The notes under the pieces were generated by a model, which made no database searches, was not told the origin of the DNA, and worked only from the letters and a program-made list of their open reading frames with translations. Position numbers and translations under genes: made by a program. A stretch of 63,243 nt of DNA, counting the filler, from Reclinomonas americana ATCC 50394 (Eukaryota): assembly GCA_048213135.1 (NCBI GenBank). It is 2 parts of one record of this genome, joined end to end, with 100 filler letters (N's around TTAATTAATTAA, not from the genome) between each part and the next. Parts side by side here need not be neighbours in the genome. Positions count along the whole stretch, not along the records: positions 1 to 31,635 come from PS015306.1; positions 31,736 to 63,243 come from PS015306.1. The stretch is one strand, 5' to 3'. This document shows positions 25,954 to 38,299 of this stretch, piece after piece (positions within the stretch are counted from its first letter, which is position 1; every line of letters begins with the position of its first letter).

Positions 25954-27690
25954 ATGGTGCACTACATGTTGCGTTTACGAGTGCCTCCCTGTCTGTGTGA
26001 GAGAGAGCGCGCGTGTGTGTGACTCATACGCTGCCACGCAGGGTCGCCGTCGACGGATCCGCGTACAGTGTTTCGTTTTTTTGCTCTCTCACGCTCACTC
26101 TCTCTCTCTCTCTGCGCTCACACTGTGCTCCCTGTCTATGCAATGGTGCACAGTACCGCGCTGCAGAGGCAAGTCACTCTCTCCACACGCACTCACTCTC
26201 AGACGTTCGCTTTCTCGCATCGAGAATCTTGCTAACACATCCTTTTCGAACAACGCAGCGATGTGCGACTATTGTGCAGCCAGGCAAGTCAATGAGCACA
26301 GAGAGAAAAAGAGGCAAGTTTGACTGATACTTCTTTCCTCGCGCAGGCGACACTGTGCAGCTGGTGGGCGTGTGCAAACCACCAAAGCGACCGCATGTGG
26401 TTTGTCGCAATCAGGCAAGAAAGTATTTCGCACACATTGGTCTCATGCGTCTGTGTGGTGACTGCAGGCTGGTCCCAGTGACGCGGGCTTTGTGAAGCTC
26501 ATCGAGGCAAGTGTGCTGATCGGAAAACAGGAGGCGGCGACGGTGTTGTTTATTACGCTCTCTGTGCACAGTTGTCGGATTTCAAGGCGGATCTGGCGGC
26601 GATCGAGGCCGACTTGGATGAGCACCTGCAGCTGGCGTCCGCGTCGTTGCCGGATGTGCGCTCGCAGCCGTCGTCGTCGTTCTTGTCGCCTGTGTCGGCA
26701 TCGGCGTCGGAACCGCGAGGTCTTTTTTTACTTGTCTTCTTGTGGTTTTCTCTCTGGTAATGATGAGACTGACGTGGCTGTGCGGGTGCAGTGAGTTCGC
26801 GATCGTCGAGTGCGGCGGCGAGTCCGGCCGCCAGTCCGCGTGTGTCCATTGAGCCGCCGCTGTGGCTGAGCGAGAGCCGCGAGTTTCAGGTGCGCCTCTT
26901 TGTCTGTCTGTCCGCTGTGGTGCATTGCCGGTGCTGATGGGAGAGTGGCAGGCGTCGACCAAGGATATTAGACACATGGGACGGCTGCTGATGATGGCCG
27001 AGTTTCGCATGAACGTTGCGTCGACGCTCACTGCTGGATGGCGCGATGTTTGTGGCCACACTCACACCTTGTCGCCGCAGCGTATTATGGGTCGCAAGCG
27101 TCTCGAGATTGAGCTGCGCAAGAAGGTTGGCTTCATATTGGAAGAAGGCTTTGTATGCCATCTCTGCCCTCACGCTGCTGGTTGTTGCGACAGGTCATTC
27201 CGTCAAAGAACCCGCGAGAGGCTCTGGCGCAAGTTGCCGAGAACGACAGCGTTGACATTATTGTGGTTGGCGCTCGCGGTGTCACGTTGCGTGTTTTCAA
27301 TACCCGTTCCTTCGATCGCCGCACTCCATCTCACCTTTTGCGTGCACAGTGGAATGAAGAAGCTGACAGCCGGCAGGTTTATGCGTGTGTCTTCTGTGTA
27401 TTGTCTCTTCCCGATGAGAGTGCTCAACGCATGCACAGCACGTCGGACTGGCTCGTTCACCATTCGTTGCGCCGAAACACGTATCTTTTCTTTTCCGCTA
27501 GCTGCTCACTCGTGTCCTTCACAGTCCGTGCTCGGTGCTCGTGGTTCGTCCCCGCGACAGGGAGTACCACGAGGACGATCATCCCTTCAACCGTCTGGTG
27601 CTGGAGGATCGCTGAGAGTGTGTGTTTGCTTTCCCACCATGTCACGCTGCGTATTGTGTGTATATAGAGGCCAACGCGCCAGCATAAAAT
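25954..27690 (+). CDS. Universal stress protein (USP/UspA domain), multi-exon
   Basis: Spliced MVHYMVAVDGSAY; PGDTVQLVGV; PREALAQVAENDSVDIIVVGARG; GSTSDWLVHH..CSVLVVR; middle exons and 3' end approximate. Confidence 0.8.
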
Positions 27691-27723
27691 TATCCTCTTT
27701 TCATTTCCGTGGATGCCGGCGCT

Positions 27724-29564
27724 TCAGAATATCCACAGCGACGCCACACCCGCGAGGAGCGAGGTGACGGTGTTGGCGACAAAGTTCACCTACAGAGAGG
27801 GAGGATCATGAGTGGCCTGCACCAAAAAAGAAGCAGGCATGTTCGAGATCGCACTTGGTGATTGTCGAGCAAGTCCATGCCACACAGAGTGCGCACGTGC
27901 GGCGCCGGGCGGTACACCACGCGTTCCGCGTGCACGTCCCATCCGCTGTACTGCACCGTGGCTCCCAGAATCGAATCAATCTGCCAACAAACGAAGAAGG
28001 AAAAGGAGAAGAAGAAGAGCAGGGCATGAGCAGAGCGAGAACAAAAGCAAGAACAGAAGGAAGGCAAGGAGAAGAAGAAGGATGAGAAGGAGATGGAATA
28101 GAAGAAAGGGAGGAGAAGAAGGAGAAGGAGATGGAGTATAAGACAGGGAGAAGGAGGAGAACAGCAAAAAGGAGAGCAAGGAGCAGAAAAAGGATGCGAA
28201 GGAGATGGAATAGAAGAAAGGGAGAAGGAGAAGGAGGAGGAGAAGGATTAGAAGGAGAAGAAGGACATGGAAGGGAACAACAAGAAGGAGAGCAAGAGGG
28301 AGAAGGAGGAGAAGAAGAAGAGCAGGGTGAGAACAAAAGCAAGAACAAGAGGAAGACAAGGAGAAGAAGAAGGATGCGAAGGAGATGGAATAGAAGAAAG
28401 GGAGGAAAAGAAGGAGAAGGAGATGGAGTATAAGACAGGGAGAAGGATGAGAACAGCAAAAAGGAGAGCAAGGAGCAGAAGAAGAAAGAGGAGATGGAAT
28501 AGAAGAAAGGGAGAAGAAGAAGGAGAAGGAAAAAAGAAGAAGAACAAGAACAAGAAGGAGGAGGAAGTGGAAGAGAAGAAGAAGAACAATATCACCAACA
28601 AGAAGGAGAACAGGAAAGAGAAGAAGGAGATGAAAGAGAAGTAGACGAAGACGAACCAGCGACCCCAGCACGCCCGCCGCCGTGGCAAACAAGATAATGG
28701 GCCACTGCGCCGGCTCATTGCCCTGCGACTGGCAAAACAGCAGCGTGCCAACATAGAAGAAGAAGCCGAGGAAGGTACCCTGTCAAGAGCGCCACACAGC
28801 GTGAACCAACCAAGCAGTCAAGCAGTCACGCCTGATAGAATGAGAGACGCAACGCCCACAGCAGTAGTCAACGTGCCCAGTGGCGACACAGCACCATTGG
28901 TGCCCGCAGGCACCGACACAAAGTTGGTGACGAGCACGGGATCGCTCTTTGACAGAATGCCAATCTCACTGGCCCACGTGTCGGCACACGCGCATGCATA
29001 GTGCCTGAGACACAACATGAGCACTAACAACTCACTCACACACACACCAGAGAGACAGACCCGAGGAAGGCACAGGCGAGGAACGTCTGCACAGGTCTCC
29101 TCTCCGCGTCCAAGTAGAACTCTCGCCCCGCAAACAGCGACGCGTGCACGAGGCACAAGAGTGTGGCGAAACCGCCATTGGAGACCACTTGAACCCATGT
29201 GCGCTGACCACCTGCAGTGAGAGTGAGAGATGCGCAAGAGAATGAGAGTGTGTGAGAGAGAGTGACCTTCTTTGAACTCGGGCTCCAGCTTCTTCTTGAT
29301 GCTGGCCTTGAACTTGGTGAGTTGCGAGCTGGAGAGGAAGAAGAGGGCCAGCATGAGGCCCTTGACGAGACCCGAGGCCAGTGTGATGAGGCCGACCTGT
29401 TTGATAATGACAACTCATTCTCAGTGTCTTCTCTTCTCTTCTCTCACACATACACACACACGCGCGCGCGCAACAAAGAAGGCCGCAAAGGCGCCAGAGA
29501 GCGACAGACTGCGTCGCCAGTAGCCGTACACGGAGAGGCCGAGCGCAAACACAATCGCCACCAT
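27724..29564 (-). CDS. TMEM19: TMEM19/DUF92 integral membrane protein, multi-exon; may extend further 5'
   Basis: RRSLSLSGAFAAF; FFLSSSQLTKFK; GQRTWVQVVSNGG; ACACADTWASEIG; VPAGTNGAVSPLG; IDSILGATVQYSG; LLDNHQVN. Confidence 0.9.
27981..28656. repeat. Purine/pyrimidine-skewed higher-order repeat filling a TMEM19 intron
   Basis: ggagatggaatagaagaaaggga occurs four times within a ~295-bp duplicated block; the + strand is almost only A/G. Confidence 0.85.
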
Positions 29565-30324
29565 TGGTTGCTCTCCTGATTGAACGAAAATAATGGAAAC
29601 TTCTTTATATCCACAAGATGCGCAGAGACTTGATACAAGCCACGGCCAGAGGGCCCAACAAACAAACAAGTGAGGAGGTAGAGAGAGAGAGCAGGAGCAG
29701 GAGAGGGTGTACATGGTATGAGCCCGAAGAGCGGGAGGGGAGGGAGGGGGGATGAATGAGTGAGTGGATGAGGAGGGAGGGTACAGTGGGACGGTGAGCG
29801 CATTGAGGACGCCCGTCTGCGGTGAACGAGAGAGTGGCGTGGAAACAGAGCGCGTGCGGAGACAAGAGTCGGTGCTGCGACGGCAGCCGGGCACAGCAAA
29901 CAATGCCCAACTGCAAGTCCAGCAACCAATTCGGAAACTCCACAGACACCGTGAAACACACGCGCACTCGCTCATACACACGTAGACACAGGCGCTTTCT
30001 CTTCTTCTCACGCGCACCGACCACACAGCCGGAGAGCGATCAAACGGGACGGAAAATAAACAGGAACAACACAGCAACAGAGACCGTCCACACAGATCGC
30101 CAACGCCACAAGTGTGCGCGAACACGCAGCAGGAGCGGCAAAGGCAGGCACAATCAACGCGCTGCTCCTCGCCGCCCCACCGCCGACGCGCTCTCGTGAC
30201 CTGGCATATGCACCAACAACAATGACAACCGATTCCACAACAACAACACAGCCACCACCACCACCACCACCACCAGCACTGCAGCAGCAAGCCAACCACC
30301 ACGACAACATCCACATCGACCAGC

Positions 30325-31000
30325 TCAGCAAGTCGCCACAAACGACGTCGCTGGCGTCTCGATGCGGCGCATCCCTTGCGGCTTTGCACCCATCTGTGGG
30401 CGCACAATGCTCCGTGTGAGCATATGCAATAAGGGGAGGGGGTCAAATGCGGACCCCACACGAACCGGCAATCCCGGTGCGTGCTGCACAGTCGCTGACT
30501 GCCCAGCCGCTTGCATCTCTTTCGATCGCACACGTCGACTGCGTTTCTCCAGTGCCTTTCGGAGCAACACGGCCATGGTGTCCTCGGTGCACGCCTGGCA
30601 AAGATAGTGTCCCTGCACGCGAAGAAAAACACAATGTGTGAACACGTGCTTTCGACGCTGCGGCCTGTGAGCATGGCGTGTGTACCTGGTGCTCAGGCTC
30701 AAACTTGCCGGCGGCTGATATCATGACAACTGCGCCGCCTACACCCGGCAACATCGACGATGTCGAGTCGACCGATGACGATCCCGCCGATCCCGGAGAG
30801 CCCGCCGATCCGCCCGACTCTGACGATCCCTCGCTGACTGTCGCCGTCAGCATCACCGCCGGTAGCACACCCGCTGCCGCCGAACTTGCACTCCCACCAA
30901 CACCAACACCACCAAATGCTGTCAGATCCATCTGTCGCGCTCGCGTCAAGCCCCCAGCAGGGGCATCGTCGTGGATGACATATCGCAAACTATCTGCCAT
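30325..31000 (-). CDS. Hypothetical protein (Gly/Ser-rich N-terminus, CxxC)
   Basis: ORF MADSLRYVIHDD..KFEPEHQ can splice GT-AG to GHYLCQACTEDTMAVLLRKALEKR; no family recognised. Confidence 0.35.
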
Positions 31001-31679
31001 TCAGCGGAAACGTGGCCGACGGAACAAGGGGGGGTTCAAGCGAGGAGGAGCTGTGTGACACAGAGAGANNNNNNNNNNNNNNNNNNNNNNNNNNNNNNNN
31101 NNNNNNNNNNNNNNNNNNNNNNNNNNNNNNNNNNNNNNNNNNNNNNNNNNNNNNNNNNNNNNNNNNNNNNNNNNNNNNNNNNNNNNNNNNNNNNNNNNNN
31201 NNNNNNNNNNNNNNNNNNNNNNNNNNNNNNNNNNNNNNNNNNNNNNNNNNNNNNNNNNNNNNNNNNNNNNNNNNNNNNNNNNNNNNNNNNNNNNNNNNNN
31301 NNNNNNNNNNNNNNNNNNNNNNNNNNNNNNNNNNNNNNNNNNNNNNNNNNNNNNNNNNNNNNNNNNNNNNNNNNNNNNNNNNNNNNNNNNNNNNNNNNGA
31401 GAGAGAGAGAGAGCGCGCGCGCGCAAGTTGCTGTCGTGCGGGGATTGCGGCCATGTCGCCGTCGTTGCTGCTTTTGCCACTCACTCTCTGTGACACACAC
31501 AGTACATTTGTGCGTAAACCTCCGCCCTCCACCCCTCAACTCCGCGCGTGCACGCCACCTGTAGCGCCGGTGAGTGCCTTTCCAACACACACACACACAC
31601 GGAACCGATTCCCGTTGTAAACTGAGCTTTCTCTCNNNNNNNNNNNNNNNNNNNNNNNNNNNNNNNNNNNNNNNNNNNN

Positions 31680-31691
31680 TTAATTAATTAA
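31680..31691. other. Artificial six-frame-stop linker TTAATTAATTAA between N runs
   Basis: Isolated 12-nt palindrome flanked by two N runs of about equal length. Confidence 0.85.
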
Positions 31692-31735
31692 NNNNNNNNN
31701 NNNNNNNNNNNNNNNNNNNNNNNNNNNNNNNNNNN

Positions 31736-32620
31736 GTGTTCGTCGAAAGTGGTCGACTTGCGTGGATGTCTCTACGAAGTGCAAGTGCTGCAGCAGATTG
31801 CCGCTCCCATGGTACTCTCGATTCCGCAAGTGCTGCGCTGGGGCGTGTTCCGCAGCGACAAAATCCCTGCCGAGTTTGCTCACCTGCATCGATGGCACGG
31901 CTTCTCGATGCCGTACTACGGCGGAGACTGGCCGAAAACCACCGGCGAAGCCGTCGCTCTGACACGCCATTTGCTGACGGCTGTGGCGCACGCCGCCGAG
32001 CATGGCTACGTGCACCGTGACGTGAAGGGTGCCAACGTGTGTTTCTCCGCTGCGTCGATGACCGCCACTCTCATCGACTGGGAGCAAGCTGTGCGTCTGC
32101 TTGACGGTCGTCCGTATGTTGGTCGTGGCGGTACAGCTGGCTACCGAGTTGCGTGTGTGCGCGCGTGTTGGGAGGAGAAGTCAGTCATCTAATCGCGCAT
32201 GCGCTCTTTGCTCTCCAAAAATGTCATCGACAGGCACCAGAGTCGCTGCCGGATCCACTGGCAGCCACGGACGAGGACGAAGTCGGCGAGTGGAGTTTCG
32301 CCTCGGACATGTGGAGTGTGGGAGTGGTGATTGCAGAGGCCCTGCTGGGCAGCAAACTGGCACACATCGACTCGTTCACGCAGCACATGCAGCCGGACGA
32401 AATGACCAACCATCTGTGTGCGCTCCTCGAGGACAAGAGTGAGGAGCTGGAGGAGGCGGTGTCGGCAGAGGAGCAGCTGCGGTTCACGCAGGGCGTCGAG
32501 CTGGTGCAGGCACTGCTGGTCGAGGATCCGTGCAAGCGACTGACGGCGCACGAGGCGCTCGCTCACGCGTTTTGCCGTGTTGCCACAGTTTTGCCGAGCA
32601 CACCTGCCACTGATCTGTAG
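31736..32620 (+). CDS. Ser/Thr protein kinase, 5'-truncated
   Basis: YVHRDVKGAN; LIDWE; GTAGYR|APE across an intron; SDMWSVGV; KRLTAHEALAHAF. Confidence 0.85.
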
Positions 32621-34658
32621 AGCGCGCCCGCTCCTGTTCTGCCGACTGCACCCGCCACAAATGCCAGCCTGCAACTGACAATTCCAGTGGTTGCGAGTCA
32701 GGCGCCGATGCTGACAACGACAAGCGGAGGCGTGACGGACGAGAATATGCCGCCGCGTGGTGTACATTCTGAAAACAAATACGCACCCGTGACGAAAGGT
32801 TCTCGGATCATACCACAAGTGCTGCAGTCTCGTTAACGTCGACATAGCATTCGTGTTGCTTGTCAAGTTGCAAGTAAAGTAGAAAACTGTTGCCACATGT
32901 CCATCCTCGCACTCGATCAGCCTGGCCACAACTTCATCTCGCAACGGTACCTTATCAACGAAGTGCCCGGCTTGAAGGGGCGCTGTCCGCGTGTCCCGCA
33001 CCAAATTGGCCCGCCGTTTCACGACGATCGCAGACCTCTCTTTGTGAGCATCTTGTGACACGCTGATAGAGGAATGGCTTCCGCGGCGACTGCCACGCGC
33101 GTGCCGCTGCCTTTACCATCGCCATCACCTCGCTTGTCCAACGTTCCTCACACGCCCACCAACACCACCACCACCAACAACAACAGCGCAGCACACCACT
33201 TGACCACACAACAACACCAACAACAACCACCTCCAACACTAACAANNNNNNNNNNNNNNNNNNNNNNNNNNNNNNNNNNNNNNNNNNNNNNNNNNNNNNN
33301 NNNNNNNNNNNNNNNNNNNNNNNNNNNNNNNNNNNNNNNNNNNNNNNNNNNNNNNNNNNNNNNNNNNNNNNNNNNNNNNNNNNNNNNNNNNNNNNNNNNN
33401 NNNNNNNNNNNNNNNNNNNNNNNNNNNNNNNNNNNNNNNNNNNNNNNNNNNNNNNNNNNNNNNNNNNNNNNNNNNNNNNNNNNNNNNNNNNNNNNNNNNN
33501 NNNNNNNNNNNNNNNNNNNNNNNNNNNNNNNNNNNGAGAGAGAGAGAGAGAGCGTGTGAGTGTGTGTGAGACAGAGACAGCGCGTGCTTCTGTGTGTGCG
33601 TGTAAGTGAGCAACTGTGTGTGCGCTTGATGTGTGAGCGAGAGCATAGAGTGTCTGTGTGTGTGAGAGAGAGCAAGAGACGCAAGAGAGACACAGTGTCT
33701 GGTGTGCGTGTGTTTCTTCATCTGTCTCTCACTTCTCCTTTCTTCTTCTCTCTCTCTGTGTGTGTGATCTCTCTTTGTCTGTCTATGTCTGTCTGTACGC
33801 AACGAGTGCAGGCAGTGAGGGCGCGTGAGGAGCGACACCAAAGATGACGGCCATCTTGTCGTGCCTCAACAGCAACGCCGTTTGTCCTTGCACTGCTCCT
33901 CCTCCTCCTCCTCCTCCCACTGTTGCTGTTGTTGNNNNNNNNNNNNNNNNNNNNNNNNNNNNNNNNNNNNNNNNNNNNNNNNNNNNNNNNNNNNNNNNNN
34001 NNNNNNNNNNNNNNNNNNNNNNNNNNNNNNNNNNNNNNNNNNNNNNNNNNNNNNNNNNNNNNNNNNNNNNNNNNNNNNNNNNNNNNNNNNNNNNNNNNNN
34101 NNNNNNNNNNNNNNNNNNNNNNNNNNNNNNNNNNNNNNNNNNNNNNNNNNNNNNNNNNNNNNNNNNNNNNNNNNNNNNNNNNNNNNNNNNNNNNNNNNNN
34201 NNNNNNNNNNNNNNNNNNNNNNNNNNNNNNNNNNNNNNNNNNNNNNNNNNNNNNNNNNNNNNNNNNNNNNNNNNNNNNNNNNNNNNNNNNNNNNNNNNNN
34301 NNNNNNNNNNNNNNNNNNNNNNNNNNNNNNNNNNNNNNNNNNNNNNNNNNNNNNNNNNNNNNNNNNNNNNNNNNNNNNNNNNNNNNNNNNNNNNNNNNNN
34401 NNNNNNNNNNNNNNNNNNNNNNNNNNNNNNNNNNNNNNNNNNNNNNNNNNNNNNNNNNNNNNNNNNNNNNNNNNNNNNNNNNNNNNNNNNNNNNNNNNNN
34501 NNNNNNNNNNNNNNNNNNNNNNNNNNNNNNNNNNNNNNNNNNNNNNNNNNNNNNNNNNNNNNNNNNNNNNNNNNNNNNNNNNNNNNNNNNNNNNNNNNNN
34601 NNNNNNNNNNNNNNNNNNNNNNNNNNNNNNNNNNNNNNNNNNNNNNNNNNNNNNNNNN

Positions 34659-34705
<47 letters not shown>

Positions 34706-34789
34706 CATCCACTCATCAACTGAGGACATGATGGGTGTTTTTAACCAACAAAATTGCGCTCTTTCTCACTCTTTGTCTCTATCTCACAG

Positions 34790-36414
34790 AGATCAGCTGG
34801 TGATGCATTCGAGGCGCTGTGTTCCTCTGGTGGTTACTGGCGCTTCCGCACATGGTTGAATGCGGCACTGAGCGAGAGTGGAGCGGCGGTGAATGCCAAT
34901 GGAGCGAGTGCGAGTGTGGATGATGGGGGGTTTGAGGTGGCGGGGACGCTGGGCGAGTTCCAGGCGCTGTGTGTGCTGCATGAGTTGTGCACGCTGGGCG
35001 AGAATGAGTTGTTGGAGTTGTTTGATGCGTTTGGTGAGTGTGCATGGGTGAGGGTGTTTGTCTCTCTTCTCCCTTCTTGTCTTCCCCCTTCTCTTCCCTC
35101 TCTCTTCTTCCCCTTTTCTCCCCCTTCTGTTCCCCCTTTTCACCCCCTTCTCTCCCCCTTTTCTCTCCCCACCCCTTCTCCCTCCCTTCCCCTTCTCTCC
35201 CCCTTTTGTCTCCCCACCCCTTCTCCCTCCCTTCCCCTTCTCTCTCCCTCCACCCTTATCTCATCCCGCATGCGTAGACCCGGATGCAATCGGCGGCATG
35301 TCATTGACGGCGCTGTACGTGCTGTTGGTGTTTATGGCGGCGGCGGATGCGGACAGATTAGATGCTTTTCTGTTGCGTTGGCCACGCAGCTCGACGTGTC
35401 ACTTCTCGCCTGGCTCACTGCAAGTGGCGCACAGGTTGCAATTTGGCGAGACGGTGTATGCGCTGTTGTGTGGGCACGAGCGGAGGTCGCTGAACAAGTG
35501 TTCGCTGATGGCGCTCGGCATGGCGGCGAGGTGTCCGCTGCACTCGCTGAACAAGTGTCTGGTCGAGTGCTGTGGCACCGAGAAGCGCACTGCGTTCACA
35601 CTAGAGGTACGACAATCACGCGTCGCGCGCCGTCATGCGCGTGTCACTCACCTTTCCCCCCGACGGCGTGCAGGATTTCCAATTGTTCTACTTCAAGCTG
35701 TTTGTGCACTACGGCGCGGCGGCGAGGAGAGCACCTGTACTGAGACCGCAGGCGGTGCAGGCGTCCACTGCTGCCGTCGTCACGACCACCGCCACTGCTG
35801 CCTCGAATGCCGTCAGCGCGGCCAGCTCGGCGAATACCACGCCCACCAAGAAATCGTCCAAGAGTTCCTCATCGTCTGGCGGCCGCAAGAGCGGTGGTCA
35901 GAAATCGAGCCAACTGAGTGCCAAGGACACACTGGTGGTGGCCGGTGGCGCACCGCCGGCGGCCGGCACCGCGAGTCCAGTCACGGGAACAAGTTGCGCT
36001 GTGTGCGAAAGTTGACCATCGTCTCCTTGTCNNNNNNNNNNNNNNNNNNNNNNNNNNNNNNNNNNNNNNNNNNNNNNNNNNNNNNNNNNNNNNNNNNNNN
36101 NNNNNNNNNNNNNNNNNNNNNNNNNNNNNNNNNNNNNNNNNNNNNNNNNNNNNNNNNNNNNNNNNNNNNNNNNNNNNNNNNNNNNNNNNNNNNNNNNNNN
36201 NNNNNNNNNNNNNNNNNNNNNNNNNNNNNNNNNNNNNNNNNNNNNNNNNNNNNNNNNNNNNNNNNNNNNNNNNNNNNNNNNNNNNNNNNNNNNNNNNNNN
36301 NNNNTCTCTCTCTCCCTCCCTCCCTCCTCTCTCTCTCCCTCCCTCCCTCTCTCTCCTCTCTCTCTCTTCTATTTTCCACACTCAACAGTCACTGACAAAC
36401 GATGGTCTGTCTGA
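34790..36414 (+). CDS. Divergent EF-hand protein, EFCAB9-like; 5' end in a gap, 3' end uncertain (36015 or 36414)
   Basis: LGEFQALCVLHELCTLGENELLELFDAFDPDAIGGMSLTALYVLLVFMAA..FTLEDFQLFYF parallels the recalled EFCAB9 pattern (LNDVQF..LHHV.DL....I..VFD.LD..AVGEI.F..FY.LV); Ser/Ala/Lys-rich tail. Confidence 0.55.
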
Positions 36415-36596
36415 CTTCCTTGGCCGCTTCTTGGCCGCAGCTGCAGCTGCGGCCTGTGCAAAGGCAGTCGTCCAGGCTGCAGGGTTCACTGATGGGAGTG
36501 ACATAAAGATCGAGATAAGAGTCAAAGTTAGAAACGCAGTCAATGGATTTCAGTCAGTGATTGCGTGCGAGAAGTGTGTGTGTGACTGTGGTGGCC

Positions 36597-38254
36597 ATGG
36601 TGAGAACACCAGCGAGTGTGTGTGTGAGAGAGAGAGAGAGATGCGCATGGGAAACAGAGTACATTTGTGAGACTGACAGATTGGCAGACAGGAACGCGCA
36701 TGTGAGACTGACACAGGCAGACAGTGCATGTGCATGTGTGTGTGGGAGAGAGATGCGCATGAGAAACAGAGTACATTGTGAGACTGATGACGCAGACAGA
36801 TTGGCTGACACCTTGACTGATTGCTTTGGTGCAGGATAAGCCCACAGAACACTGCATGTATACACTGGAGGTGTTAGGCGAGATCGTTGAGGCGCCTTAT
36901 GTTGCGTCTTTTCATTTTTTGCGGAGATGCGCTTCTGCTGGCTGCTCGCTCAATTGTCGACACAGTTGAAACCGTGCATGATTGCGTTCTCGGTCATGCT
37001 CGTTGTGTTGTACTCGACTGCGGCCACTGGATTCTTGACGTTGCGCGCTCTGTGTGTGTGAGAGAGAGAGAGAGTCGCCCTCCGTCATGGGCGTCTCACC
37101 TTGTCGCAGATTCGCTCGCCTGCGACCCATGCGACCGCGATCGCCACTGCTCACGGCCATTGGTCTCGTGGCCATGGCCATCACTGGCGTGTTCTTGCTG
37201 GCATTCATCTTTCGTCGGCATTGCGTCATGCTGGTGTTTGTGTTGCCGGGTCCCATTGTGTGGATCGGGTCGCAGGTCGGTCAGCCTTCGCACAGTCCCT
37301 CTTGGTTGGTATGTGACCCAACTGTCCCCCCCCCCCCCCCCCCCACCAGTTTCTGCGAGCTCTGCGACTGCTGGCACTCTTCCGCACCTCGCGGAGGCAG
37401 TTCCTGCGCTACCTGCAGGACGCAGACATCTCGGTGGATCCCTCATCGTCGATTGAGAAGCTCACTCCACGTGTGGTCAATGCACAACCGGTTCTTTTCG
37501 GACGGACCTCGTTCATTGCCGAGTCGTTCTACGTGCACCTCTCGCTGGGTGTCGTTGTGGCAGCACTCGGCACGATTGCCATTGTTCTCAGCGTACGCAT
37601 TCCGAATCTGTGGAACCCCAACACGGCGTTGACGGACTCGGAAGTGTGTGCGTGTTACTTTGCAGCTCACGACACTGTGACGGGCACCACTGTCGCATGT
37701 TGAGTGCGAATGTGTTTCTGCTCCATGGTCCCGTCCGTTCACACACGTTGACGCGGTTGCGCGCAGATATTATCCTCTCCGCTGTGCTGTTGCTCACTTG
37801 CCGCTGGTTGCGCGACATTACTGATTTGCTGAATGTGCGCTCCGAACTGCTGCTGGTCGGCGCCACCAACTTGCCCGTTGGCACATGTGCGTCGACGGGA
37901 GACTTTTTCCTTCATCAACATGCCTTGCCTGCCTCGTTTCTGACCCGGCTCTCCTTTGCAGTAACCCTCATTGTCTGGATCTACCACAAGAACCCACCTG
38001 CTTGGGCGTACGTGCTCAGTGCGGCGCTGTTGGTCGCTGTGACCGCCGCCGGCTCCGTGTACATGCTGTACTACACGCTTGCAGACTATCGTCTGCGCAG
38101 TCGGTGGGACGCCGTGGCGGCGTCCGTGGGCAAACTGGAGGAGCCGCTGGTGGGAGGTCAACGGAGCGGCTTCTGCTCGGTGTTGGTCGATCCGGAGGCG
38201 CGAACCCTCTTCCGTCGGCATCTGGTGGCGCAGATGGCCGTCGAGGTATGTGTT

Positions 38255-38299
<45 letters not shown>

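Noticed and set aside
26415..26420. Third GC donor (gcaaga) in the USP gene
   Set aside because: An in-frame GTTTGT donor at ~26400, a type used elsewhere in the window, explains the junction
27806..28754. Long Leu/Phe/Ser-rich and Glu/Arg-rich ORFs
   Set aside because: By-products of the low-complexity intronic repeat
36620..36810. ~60-bp imperfect direct repeat (gagatgcgcatg..cagagtacat..cagattggc)
   Set aside because: Local duplication within the first intron of 7TM-RGS copy 1; no array or element structure
37875..37895. Apparent GC/GG/GT donor variation among 7TM-RGS paralogs
   Set aside because: A conserved in-frame GTGCGT donor lies 6 nt downstream in all three copies
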